Assembly (NCBI GenBank): GCA_944392815.1
Contig: CALXXY010000001.1
Span: 96,001-160,000 of the forward strand
Source of the DNA: an uncultured Alphaproteobacteria bacterium
GTDB lineage: Bacteria; Pseudomonadota; Alphaproteobacteria; Rs-D84
Reading direction: 5' to 3'
DNA length: 64,000 nucleotides
Shown here: piece after piece, positions 1-8,705 of the stretch
Position numbering within the stretch: position 1 is the first letter of the stretch
Layout: every line of letters begins with the position of its first letter
The notes under the pieces: model-generated
What the model was told of the DNA's origin: nothing
Database searches by the model: none
What the model saw: the letters and a program-made list of their open reading frames with translations, nothing else
Made by a program: the position numbers and the translations under genes

Positions 1-1769
1 AATATGCAATATGATTGCAAATTTCCGCGCCCAACACGACCGCGCAACTGGTGCAACGCCGCCAGTCCAAAACGTTCTGCGTTTTCAATAACGATGATTG
101 TCGCACGGGGGACGTCTATGCCAACCTCGATAACCGTGGTGGCGACGAGTATTTTCATGTCGGAATTATCGTCTGCGAATTTGGCCATGACGGCGTCACG
201 CTGTTTTTTATCCATTTGGCCGTGTACCAGACCCGCATGCGGAAATATTTTTTTCAATTCATCAAAACGCGCATTAACAGCGGTTAAATCCGATACTTCG
301 GATTCCATAACCAATGGACATACCCAAAACACTTTGGCCCCAGAATCAATTTGCAATTTCAATCGCGCAATTAATTCGCCAACGCGCGCAATCGGCAATT
401 TTGTCGTGATAATGGGTAATCGGCCGGCGGGCTTTTCATTTATAATCGACACGTCCATATCGCCGTATATTGTCATGGACAGCGTGCGCGGAATCGGCGT
501 TGCGGACAGTGCCAACAAATCTGGATTTGCGCCCTTGGCACGTAATGATTCGCGCTGGGAAACGCCAAAGCGATGTTGTTCGTCCACGATAACCAATCCC
601 AAATCTTTGTATTCCACATCGTCGGAAAACAGCGCATGCGTGCCGACAACTATTTTCGTACGCCCGGAACGCAATGATACCAATTTTTCACGGCGGGGGG
701 CGCCCTTGTCCCGGCCGGTCAGGATATCGCACACCAATCCCATTTTATCGCACATGGGTTTTATTTTTGCATAGTGTTGTTGCGCCAGTGTATCCGTTGG
801 TGCCAGCAATGCCGTTTGCGCACCTGATTCCGCCATTTTTACTGCGGCCGCCAATGCGACGATCGTTTTACCACTGCCCACGTCGCCCTGGACCAGGCGC
901 ATCATGGGCACATCGCGCGACATATCGTCAAATATTTCACGCAGCGTACGCATTTGCGCCCCGGTTAATTCAAACGGCAATGTGGCGTAAAATTTTCGCA
1001 TTAAATCATGTTTTTGTGGCCGCACAGTGCGACGATTGCGAACGTCCATGCGATTACGGCGGCTGATAACTATGGCCGATTGATGTGCCAACAATTCCCA
1101 ATACGCCAATTTTACAACGTACTGGGAATTCGGTAATAAATCATCGCCTGATTCTGGATAATGCACATGACGCAAAGCATCGAAAAATTCGCGCACGTTT
1201 GAATCAGGTTCCCCATTTATTTTTTCGGGCAATATGTTAAAAATCTGGTCGCGAACATTGGCAAATGTTTTTTGGGTTAACCCTTCGCCTGATGGATAGA
1301 TTGCCTGGATTGACGGGATTTTATCCGCATTTTGCATTTCTTCGATAAAATCAGGGTGATTAATTGTCGGGCGCGTGGTGCGTTCCAATTTTCCACTGAC
1401 CATGCGCCATTCGCCAATCGGTAATTTTTTCAGCCAATAATCTAAAAAATTCACATTGAAAAATTGAATGACGACACTGTTGCCCATTTTATCGTTGCAG
1501 ACAATCTGGGTCGGGCGACGATGACCACGAAACGCCCCGCCCGCCCGATGGGATTTGACCAATAACGGAATTGTTATAACATCGCCCGGTTGTGCCGCGT
1601 CCACGTTTTCAGTAATTTCGCGTGCACGAACGTATGCCGGCGTGTGCAACAAAAAATCCAACACACGCCGCCCCCCCAGGACGTCTGCAAATCGCGCGGC
1701 CAAAACAGGACCAACGCCCTTGATAAATTGCAAATCTGTGTTCAAAAATTCAAATAATTCACGTTTCAT
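1..1769 (-). CDS. recG: ATP-dependent DNA helicase RecG (3' end runs off the window)
   Basis: Not in the ORF track because it is truncated. Minus-strand translation from the ATG at 1769 (MKRELFEFLNTDLQFIKGVGP...) contains VVGTHALF, VIVDEQHRFGVSQR, LSATPIPRTL and ATTVIEVGIDVP motifs. Confidence 0.93.
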   Translation of the reverse strand, partial: MKRELFEFLNTDLQFIKGVGPVLAARFADVLGGRRVLDFLLHTPAYVRAREITENVDAAQPGDVITIPLLVKSHRAGGAFRGHRRPTQIVCNDKMGNSVVIQFFNVNFLDYWLKKLPIGEWRMVSGKLERTTRPTINHPDFIEEMQNADKIPSIQAIYPSGEGLTQKTFANVRDQIFNILPEKINGEPDSNVREFFDALRHVHYPESGDDLLPNSQYVVKLAYWELLAHQSAIVISRRNRMDVRNRRTVRPQKHDLMRKFYATLPFELTGAQMRTLREIFDDMSRDVPMMRLVQGDVGSGKTIVALAAAVKMAESGAQTALLAPTDTLAQQHYAKIKPMCDKMGLVCDILTGRDKGAPRREKLVSLRSGRTKIVVGTHALFSDDVEYKDLGLVIVDEQHRFGVSQRESLRAKGANPDLLALSATPIPRTLSMTIYGDMDVSIINEKPAGRLPIITTKLPIARVGELIARLKLQIDSGAKVFWVCPLVMESEVSDLTAVNARFDELKKIFPHAGLVHGQMDKKQRDAVMAKFADDNSDMKILVATTVIEVGIDVPRATIIVIENAERFGLAALHQLRGRVGRGNLQSYCI

Positions 1770-1836
1770 ATACTATAAAATTAGTCAAATTCGACACATT
1801 TTGCAATCGATTTCGTTGTTTGCACCAAATACCGTT

Positions 1837-2097
1837 TTATTGTATCACTGCGGTTTTTATCAGGGCGACGTCTTCGCGGATTGTGTCGATTTTTATTTGC
1901 AACTGCCCCAGGCCTGTTTCCAATATCGTTGTGCGATTTTCCAACGCTGTCAGGCGGTTGTCCGCGCGGTGCAGTTCATCTATTGATGAATCCTGGCGCG
2001 CGGCCCAATATATTACGCCCGCGATGAATACGATTAAAAACCAACTGTTGCGTAAAAAATCCAACAATCCCATTACACTGTTGGATTGTGATGTCAT
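1837..2097 (-). CDS. Small membrane protein with one TM helix and a coiled coil; possible holin or lysis accessory at the end of the phage-like operon
   Basis: Hydrophobic stretch WFLIVFIAGVIYWAA followed by a heptad-like region; start overlaps the stop of the upstream gene. Confidence 0.55.
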   Translation of the reverse strand: MTSQSNSVMGLLDFLRNSWFLIVFIAGVIYWAARQDSSIDELHRADNRLTALENRTTILETGLGQLQIKIDTIREDVALIKTAVIQ

Positions 2098-2291
2098 TAT
2101 TTCCCCCGTTGTATCATGTTTTCAATTTGATGTACCAGTGCACGTTGGGCTTCGATTCCGCGCAGTTCTGCGTCGGTGGCGTTCGGACCCAATGTACGTT
2201 CGATTGTAATTTTGCGCAAATGTTGTAATACCATCGCGCCGGCTGCAGTACTGAAAGTGCGCGCATAATTTTGTTCCAAATCTTTGTTCAT
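2097..2291 (-). CDS. Small podophage protein typically found downstream of the portal (Bbp19-like)
   Basis: YARTFSTAAGAMVLQHLR...LRGIEAQRALVHQI resembles the small protein encoded next to BPP-1/T7-like portals; translationally coupled to the portal gene. Confidence 0.65.
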   Translation of the reverse strand: MNKDLEQNYARTFSTAAGAMVLQHLRKITIERTLGPNATDAELRGIEAQRALVHQIENMIQRGK

Positions 2292-3526
2292 AATATATTC
2301 CCCTGGGTCAAAGTTTCTGCCATTGTCATTTTTGTAATCGGTGCGATGTATTTTAATTCTGCGTCGCTGTGCAGTGTGATTTTTTCAATCACGCCACGGC
2401 GCGATAAAATCTGCAGCCCGCGTTCCACCAATGGGTGAATAAACTCGTGCAACAGTCGCCCGTATGTCGCGCCCAGAATTCTGGCCATGTCTGCATTACG
2501 CGCCAGGATTTCTGTGGCGGTCATTTCTTTTTCAGACAGCAATCCCAATCTGTCGGCCAATAATGTGTGACGGATACGATCACGCAAATCAGTCAATATA
2601 ATTTGTGATACATCGAAATTCGCCCCGGACGATAATGGCGTCAGTCCTGATGAACCGACGGCTTTTGGTATGATGGCGCCTGGTGTCAGGTTTATATTAG
2701 ACAAATTTATCACGCCGTCATCGTCGGCCTGCCATATGCCAGACACGGCGATTGTTGCGTTTTTCAAAACCAGTTCCACAACTTTGTTGGCTGTTTTTAT
2801 ATCCGGCAATGCGCGCAGCACTGGGCCACGGCCGTATTGTTCACCACTGGCCACGGACCAGCGAAATATTATGTATGGATTTGTTTCGAATGTGCCGGTT
2901 GCGACAATGTTATTTTCCAATTCGCCGCCGACGTCCAACCATGCTGTAAAATCCGATCCGACCAAACTTTGCACCAGGCGCAACTGTGTTTCTGGGTCTG
3001 ATTTTATTGTATCGCGCAAATTTGATGGTGGCGTCCAATTAGGATATTTTTCCAATACCTGGCGTGCGGACATGGTGGCCGTATGAAATACTGCACCCGG
3101 CAAAATGGCCAGGTCGCGCATAGGAATCGCGGTAAACGAAAACGCAGACGCGGCACCAATCGGATTTTCCGCCATAAACAGGCATGCCGTGCCCAGCACT
3201 ATCAAATCCATATAGCATTGATGGATTGTGGTATAAAAATTAGAATCGTTCAGATTCGCACGCAATGCCGCACAGGCCGCAGTGGCGTCCGGGGAATCCG
3301 CACTTTCGGGCACCAATGATACCCACAGTGATTCTGGTGGCGTCAGCAACGAATAAATAGATGCCGCCAAATTATCGGCTGCGTCCGCGGCGGTGGCATC
3401 GAATACCAATGCTGCGTCGTCATCAGATGTTGGCATTGTATAACGTTGGGCCATGTCCCATCTGTTCAGCCATGGTGTACGCATATCCAATGCGCGACGA
3501 TACATTTGTTGTAAATTTTTTTGCAT
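2288..3526 (-). CDS. Podovirus-type head-to-tail connector (portal) protein
   Basis: Motifs FDATAADAADNLAASIYSLLTPP, FRWSVASGEQYGRGPVLRALPDIKTAN and MTATEILAR match T7 gp8-like portals. Start reassigned to MQKNLQQ (3526), preceded by AAAGGT. Confidence 0.88.
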   Translation of the reverse strand: MQKNLQQMYRRALDMRTPWLNRWDMAQRYTMPTSDDDAALVFDATAADAADNLAASIYSLLTPPESLWVSLVPESADSPDATAACAALRANLNDSNFYTTIHQCYMDLIVLGTACLFMAENPIGAASAFSFTAIPMRDLAILPGAVFHTATMSARQVLEKYPNWTPPSNLRDTIKSDPETQLRLVQSLVGSDFTAWLDVGGELENNIVATGTFETNPYIIFRWSVASGEQYGRGPVLRALPDIKTANKVVELVLKNATIAVSGIWQADDDGVINLSNINLTPGAIIPKAVGSSGLTPLSSGANFDVSQIILTDLRDRIRHTLLADRLGLLSEKEMTATEILARNADMARILGATYGRLLHEFIHPLVERGLQILSRRGVIEKITLHSDAELKYIAPITKMTMAETLTQGNIL

Positions 3527-3551
3527 GTTTATATACCTTTTGGTTGATGGT

Positions 3552-4400
3552 TTATATTTTGAAATTCGTGTTTGCATTAAAAATTTTTGGGGTGCGCCCA
3601 ATCGGGTGCACTGGCGTTGGAACGGCCGATACAGCGCCCGCGACTGCGTCCAGGCCATCGTCGTGACCAATTGTGCCGCTGGGCGTCCAACCCAGCATTT
3701 CTGCCAATAATGGTGTTGATTGAATACGCGTGTGCGCATGCAGGCGGCCGGACGTTAAAACAGGTTCAATTGCGTCCAGAATTCTGGTTTCTTTTTTCCA
3801 ATGGTTAACCACATTTTGAATCGTTATGGTTATGTTTTTTCGTGCCGACACGTCCCGCATTATTTCCGGCAACGCATTGCCAATGCCGTTTGTTTCTATG
3901 TTTATTCGGCGCATGCCATGGCGCTGCATAAATTCCAGCACCATTTCGCATTGGCGTGCCAGTGGGTGTAATTCGTCGTCTGGCACCAATAAATATACGA
4001 TGTCGTGCACGAATATATGTCGCGTTTTATCATCGCGATATATCAATGCGCATACACTGCCGTCGGAATTTTTACGCCCGGTGGACGGATCCCAATACAT
4101 TGTCGCGCCAGTGATTGTATATTCGCCAATGCGCGCGGTATGCACATTAAAGTCATCGTTGTACATACGCAATGCGTCTGGATCCAATTTCGCCCTGTCG
4201 GGGGCAATAAATTCCAACATCATTTGTGCAGAAAAATATCGCGCCCCGACCGCATTACGCAGTTCGTCTATGCGCGCAGGCGGAAATAATTCCGGCCAGG
4301 CGGGCGTGCCGTCTGGGGAAATTATCGGTATTTTTAATTCACGATATCCCCGCAAAAAAGGCGTTGAAAAACTAAAATTTTTATATACCATATCTGACAT
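3552..4400 (-). CDS. Terminase large subunit, C-terminal part (RNase H-like nuclease domain)
   Basis: PAWPELF, FSAQMMLE, YWDPSTG...SDGS, IETNGIG, KETRILDAIEP and HDDGLDAVAGA are TerL C-terminal motifs. The start at 4400 or 4391 is uncertain. Confidence 0.82.
   Translation of the reverse strand: MSDMVYKNFSFSTPFLRGYRELKIPIISPDGTPAWPELFPPARIDELRNAVGARYFSAQMMLEFIAPDRAKLDPDALRMYNDDFNVHTARIGEYTITGATMYWDPSTGRKNSDGSVCALIYRDDKTRHIFVHDIVYLLVPDDELHPLARQCEMVLEFMQRHGMRRINIETNGIGNALPEIMRDVSARKNITITIQNVVNHWKKETRILDAIEPVLTSGRLHAHTRIQSTPLLAEMLGWTPSGTIGHDDGLDAVAGAVSAVPTPVHPIGRTPKIFNANTNFKI
4364..4391 (+). promoter_or_regulatory. Sigma70-like promoter for a leaderless dnaB transcript
   Basis: TTGAAA-16 nt-TACCAT, then 7 nt to the ATG at 4399; no Shine-Dalgarno sequence. 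Confidence 0.55.
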
Positions 4401-5952
4401 GGACTTTACCCCGAAAACATTGCCGAATAATCTGGAGGCCGAACAGGCCGTTCTGGCCGCGGTGTTAATGAACAACCGCGCGTTGGAACGTGTGTCTGAA
4501 TTTCTGCGACCGGAACATTTTTCGCACCCTGCGCACCAGGAAATTTACAAATTGGCCGAACGGCAATTTGCCGCCGGAATACCGTTTGATATCATCACGG
4601 CCAAAAACTATCTGGATCAACAGGGCGTGTTGGAATCTGTGGGTGGCGTGGAATATCTGACGCAATTGGCGTCTGCGGGCGCAACCGTGGTGAACGTCGA
4701 ACAATACGGGCGCATAGTTTATGAAAACGCCATGCGACGCGAATTAATCAACCTGGGGCAATCCATTACCGATGCCGCTTTTGTCGAGGATTTGGATAAT
4801 CCTGTCACTGCACAAATCGAAACGGCCGAACAAAAATTATTTGAAATGGCGTCGACCGGCATTTCTGAACGCGAGGTTGCACCCATATCCACCGCATTAC
4901 AGGACGCATTGAAAGAGGCCGAAATCGCATACAAGGCCGATGGACAACTGTCTGGGTTGACAACTGGGTTGACCGCGTTGGATAAATCCATCAGTGGTCT
5001 GCACCATTCCGATTTGATTATTATTGCCGGTCGTCCCGCAATGGGAAAAACCACGCTGGCGATGAATATCGCGTTTAATGCCGCGAATGCTATTTTATAC
5101 GGTCGCGCCAACGAACGGTACAAAGGCGCCGTGGTGTTTTTCAGTTTGGAAATGTCAAAATCCCAATTGGCGGCGCGTGTGTTATCGTCGCAATCGAAAA
5201 TTCCTGCGTCTGCCATGCGCGAAGGGTCACTGACCGACGAAGATTTCCTGAAAATGTCACAGTATGCCGATGCTATTAGCAAAGTGCCTTTGTACATTGA
5301 TGATACGCCTGGAATGTCTGTGCCGATGTTGCGGACACGCGCGCGTCGTTTGGCACGCAAATGTGGCGGCATTGCGTTAATCGTAATTGACTATTTGCAA
5401 TTGATGACGTCACCCGGTGGCAAAAACAAGGATAATCGTGTCCAGGAATTATCCGAAATCACGCGCGGTCTGAAAATGCTGGCCAAGGAACTGGATGTGC
5501 CTGTTATTGCCCTGTCCCAGTTGTCGCGCAGTGTTGAATCGCGCGATGACAAACGGCCCCAGTTGTCTGATTTGCGTGAATCTGGGTCCATCGAACAGGA
5601 CGCCGACATTGTTATGTTTACATATCGCGAAGAATACTATCTGGAAAATCGCGACCCGTCACAGCGCATTTCCGGCAATGCCAACGAAAAAATTATCGAA
5701 AGTTTCCAAAAACGTTTGGAACGCGCACGTGGCAAAGCCGATGTGATTATCGGGAAAAATCGTCATGGACGGCCTGAAACTGTGCACATGGCATTTTTCG
5801 GCGATTACAGTTTGTTTGACAATCTGGAAGAAACCAATGCCCGCGGCGAAAATGATTTCAATAATCCGACCGAGGGTATGCCTGATGTCGATATGTCTGA
5901 ACAGCCAACGCCGATTGATGCGGACGCCATTCCAGACGATATGCCGCTGTAA
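4399..5952 (+). CDS. dnaB: Replicative DNA helicase DnaB
   Basis: LPNNLEAEQAVLAAVL N-terminus, IIAGRPAMGKT Walker A, IVIDYLQLM, ALSQLSR and LRESGSIEQDAD. The real start is MDFTPK (4399); the ORF-track extension is antisense to terL. Confidence 0.96.
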   Translation: MDFTPKTLPNNLEAEQAVLAAVLMNNRALERVSEFLRPEHFSHPAHQEIYKLAERQFAAGIPFDIITAKNYLDQQGVLESVGGVEYLTQLASAGATVVNVEQYGRIVYENAMRRELINLGQSITDAAFVEDLDNPVTAQIETAEQKLFEMASTGISEREVAPISTALQDALKEAEIAYKADGQLSGLTTGLTALDKSISGLHHSDLIIIAGRPAMGKTTLAMNIAFNAANAILYGRANERYKGAVVFFSLEMSKSQLAARVLSSQSKIPASAMREGSLTDEDFLKMSQYADAISKVPLYIDDTPGMSVPMLRTRARRLARKCGGIALIVIDYLQLMTSPGGKNKDNRVQELSEITRGLKMLAKELDVPVIALSQLSRSVESRDDKRPQLSDLRESGSIEQDADIVMFTYREEYYLENRDPSQRISGNANEKIIESFQKRLERARGKADVIIGKNRHGRPETVHMAFFGDYSLFDNLEETNARGENDFNNPTEGMPDVDMSEQPTPIDADAIPDDMPL

Positions 5953-6022
5953 ACATTTTATGCTTGCCAAACGCATCTAAATTGACTAAAATTTTTGTCA
6001 AGAAATTCCAAGGAGATTTGCG

Positions 6023-7030
6023 ATGGCCCAAGAAGAAATAATTTTCCCAAATAATATCAGAAATATTCGTTTGGCCAATGGCATGAAAATGACTGAATTG
6101 GCACGCCAGGCAAATTTATCGCTGTCGGCGGTATCCAAAATCGAAAAAGGTGTACGCCGTTTAAATCAAAAACAATTATTGAATATTTGTAATATTTTGG
6201 GTTGCAAATTATCCGATATTTTTATCAAGGAATCTGATGACGTTGCCGGCCAATGGCAAAGCGAAATCAAACGCCGTCTGAATGATAACGAAGACAGTGG
6301 TCTGAAAATTTTTGGCAGCGGGCTGCGCAAAATTCGCCAACAGTCGGGCAAAACTATTGCCCAGGCCGCGGCCGATGCCGGTATGACATTGTCTGTGTAT
6401 CATAAAATCGAGGTCGGCCAGCGCGAAATTTACGAAAACGAAATTGAACCTTTGGCCAAATCGTTTGGATATACTGCTGAATCCATGTTGGATAAAATCG
6501 CGACTTTGTATAAATCTGGCGAATTGAACAAGCAGATTAACAAGGTCAAAGAACGCGTTAAATCCGTATTGGTGCCGGGTAATCCATTGTCTGGAATCGA
6601 TGTGCACAGCAGTTTGTATGGTGCAAAATTATACGACAGCGCACGCAAAAAATTGGTGCCTGTGTTCGGTGCGCCATCGGGCAAAGCAATCGCGTTCAAA
6701 AAATCTGACAAAACAATGATTGTTGCCCCCATGCCGCTGGAGGGTCATTCTGGCATATATGCGATTATCCCGAATTCCAAACGGTTGGGCGGTTTTATCC
6801 CAGAACATGCCTATGTTTTTGCAGACGCCGACACGCCGGCCGCGATTGGTGATTTGGCTGTTTGCATTGATACAGATTTTAATTCGTTGGATTCAAATGA
6901 CACCGCTGTGGCACAAATCGCTGTTGTTCGCACAGATTCGCGGGGCAAAATTTACGGCCAGATTTCTGCGCCCGAAGAAAAAATCGTCGCCCCCACCATG
7001 CACAAGGTTGTCATGATTGTCATGGAATAA
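6023..7030 (+). CDS. Transcriptional regulator with two XRE-type HTH domains and a C-terminal S24-like region
   Basis: Two HTH units (IRNIRLANGMKMTELARQANLSLSAVSKIEKG; LRKIRQQSGKTIAQAAADAGMTLSVYHKIEVG); SD AAGGAG. Confidence 0.8.
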   Translation: MAQEEIIFPNNIRNIRLANGMKMTELARQANLSLSAVSKIEKGVRRLNQKQLLNICNILGCKLSDIFIKESDDVAGQWQSEIKRRLNDNEDSGLKIFGSGLRKIRQQSGKTIAQAAADAGMTLSVYHKIEVGQREIYENEIEPLAKSFGYTAESMLDKIATLYKSGELNKQINKVKERVKSVLVPGNPLSGIDVHSSLYGAKLYDSARKKLVPVFGAPSGKAIAFKKSDKTMIVAPMPLEGHSGIYAIIPNSKRLGGFIPEHAYVFADADTPAAIGDLAVCIDTDFNSLDSNDTAVAQIAVVRTDSRGKIYGQISAPEEKIVAPTMHKVVMIVME

Positions 7031-7057
7031 TTCCATAACCCCAGGGAGAGAGCACAC

Positions 7058-7732
7058 ATGAAAGCCAAAGCCAGCACAGTTGCACAGAAATTGTTAAATC
7101 TGTATCGCCAGGAACATGTTATTTTCGGCGGCTGGGCCGCGGTTAATCGCGTTTTTGTGGACGAAGCCACCGATGACGTAATACATGAATTGCGCAATTT
7201 GCCAACCGGGAAAAATCTGGTGCGGCATATTGAAAATTTACGCAGTGGCAAAACCCCCATGGATTCAATCGAACGCGAATTGTTGCCGTACGATGGATTG
7301 ATGGACGAAACTGTGGCAACGGTGCCTTTGACGGCCGCAGAATGGGCGGAATTGGAATCCGGTATTGATGCGTTCACAACCGACCAAAATGGACTGGACG
7401 AAATTCAACAATTAAATGTTGTAAAAAAATTCGGCGACCAATGGTTGGTGGCTATACGTGCTGCATTAAATGCCCGGCCTGATTTGTTGGAAAAATGGTC
7501 GGTTATCAACAAAACATATCGCGCGTATTATTTGTGGAAAGTGGCCAGTGATATGTTAACCCAGCCGCTGTCTGAACGTGCGCGCGCGCAATTACAGGCC
7601 GACATGCCCGAATACGAAACGTATTTGCCAATGTTTGGTGATGCCGGCAATGAATTGTTGGAAAAACTGCGTTCGTTTATTTCCACAACAATCCCCGATG
7701 AAACGAACGACGATGGCGTTGAATCCATTTAA
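7058..7732 (+). CDS. Hypothetical protein
   Basis: 224-aa ORF with a GGGAG SD, co-oriented with dnaB and the regulator; its stop overlaps the stop of the terminase ATPase gene. Confidence 0.75.
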   Translation: MKAKASTVAQKLLNLYRQEHVIFGGWAAVNRVFVDEATDDVIHELRNLPTGKNLVRHIENLRSGKTPMDSIERELLPYDGLMDETVATVPLTAAEWAELESGIDAFTTDQNGLDEIQQLNVVKKFGDQWLVAIRAALNARPDLLEKWSVINKTYRAYYLWKVASDMLTQPLSERARAQLQADMPEYETYLPMFGDAGNELLEKLRSFISTTIPDETNDDGVESI

Positions 7733-8331
7733 TCGTCTGTTGTTCTGTAAATAGTATCCAATGTGTGCGGTGTGCCGATATAAATCATTGTACCGGTCGG
7801 CGACAAAATAAAATCCAATTCGCGCAGACGTTCACGCAATGTTTCCCGTTTTTGCGATGTGTTGCTGGTGTTGGGAACCTCGACATCGTCACATATAATC
7901 AAATCCGATCGCAGACCAGTAATGTTGCCGTGAATGCCCTGGCATATGACAGACGGTTCACGAATGCCAACCGGGCGATTTACGGTTATACGGCCACTGG
8001 CCCATTCTTTTTTTACGTCCGGGATTAAATCGGCACACATTGGGTGATTTTCCAATATGTGCCGAATATGCGACACCATACGTGACGCCAGGCCGTTTTC
8101 CGCAGACAGGATTAAAATCCTGGTGCTGGGGCGCATATGCAACACACATGCTGCAAAAATGCCAACAACTGTGGATTTGCCAGAATGCCTGAACGCCATC
8201 AGCAATCCACGATGCGGTGCGTCATTTAACACCGACACCAAAAATTCCATGATTTTTTTGTGGTGCGCCGGTGTGGTTAATCCCAAAACTTGGTTCCATG
8301 CGTCCAGGAAATTATAAAATTCGGCCAGCAT
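7729..8331 (-). CDS. Terminase large subunit, N-terminal ATPase domain
   Basis: Walker A-like MAFRHSGKST, GNITGLRSDLIICDDVE (Walker B) and coupling motif IYIGTPH, as in T7 gp19-like terminases; ends about 10 residues after GTPH. Confidence 0.87.
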   Translation of the reverse strand: MLAEFYNFLDAWNQVLGLTTPAHHKKIMEFLVSVLNDAPHRGLLMAFRHSGKSTVVGIFAACVLHMRPSTRILILSAENGLASRMVSHIRHILENHPMCADLIPDVKKEWASGRITVNRPVGIREPSVICQGIHGNITGLRSDLIICDDVEVPNTSNTSQKRETLRERLRELDFILSPTGTMIYIGTPHTLDTIYRTTDD

Positions 8332-8336
8332 ATAAT

Positions 8337-8684
8337 TTAACCCAACAAATCGTCAAATTTATCCAATACCATTTGCAACAAATTTGGACGTGTGGCCCGA
8401 ATTTGTTTTAATTTTTCTGTGTTTGATTTACGTTTTTCGTCGTACGGTTTGGCGGTTTCTGATTTCAATCGCGCCAATACTGCACTGGTACTCATACTGC
8501 GGCCAGACGCCCCTGACGCACCGTATTTGGCACGTTGGGTTGCCAGTGTTTTTTTGACCAGATTCGTTTTTTCACGTGCGTCGGACGCCATGTCCGCCAA
8601 TATTTTTTGACGTTCATTTTCGGCCTGTTTTTTGGAATCGTTATATCCCAATACGGTCGTGACATCTGATACCAATTGTCCCAT
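8337..8684 (-). CDS. Putative virion or internal protein of the phage-like cluster
   Basis: Located between the tail nozzle gene and terL; helical, with an ATQRAKYGASG motif reminiscent of small podophage virion proteins; AAGGA SD. Confidence 0.55.
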   Translation of the reverse strand: MGQLVSDVTTVLGYNDSKKQAENERQKILADMASDAREKTNLVKKTLATQRAKYGASGASGRSMSTSAVLARLKSETAKPYDEKRKSNTEKLKQIRATRPNLLQMVLDKFDDLLG

Positions 8685-8705
8685 TTTTATTTCCTTTGGT
8701 TAAAT

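Noticed and set aside
4-774. 256-aa + strand ORF, and similar long shadow ORFs over ligA, priA, gap and parC
   Set aside because: These are antisense shadows of well-supported genes; here the real gene is recG on the minus strand.
3826-4398. Apparent 191-aa N-terminal extension of DnaB
   Set aside because: It is the antisense reading of the terminase nuclease gene. DnaB homology and a promoter both point to a start at 4399.
4400-7729. Excisable element, intron or intein restoring terL
   Set aside because: I found no flanking direct repeats, recombinase or splicing motifs, and the insert carries the essential dnaB.
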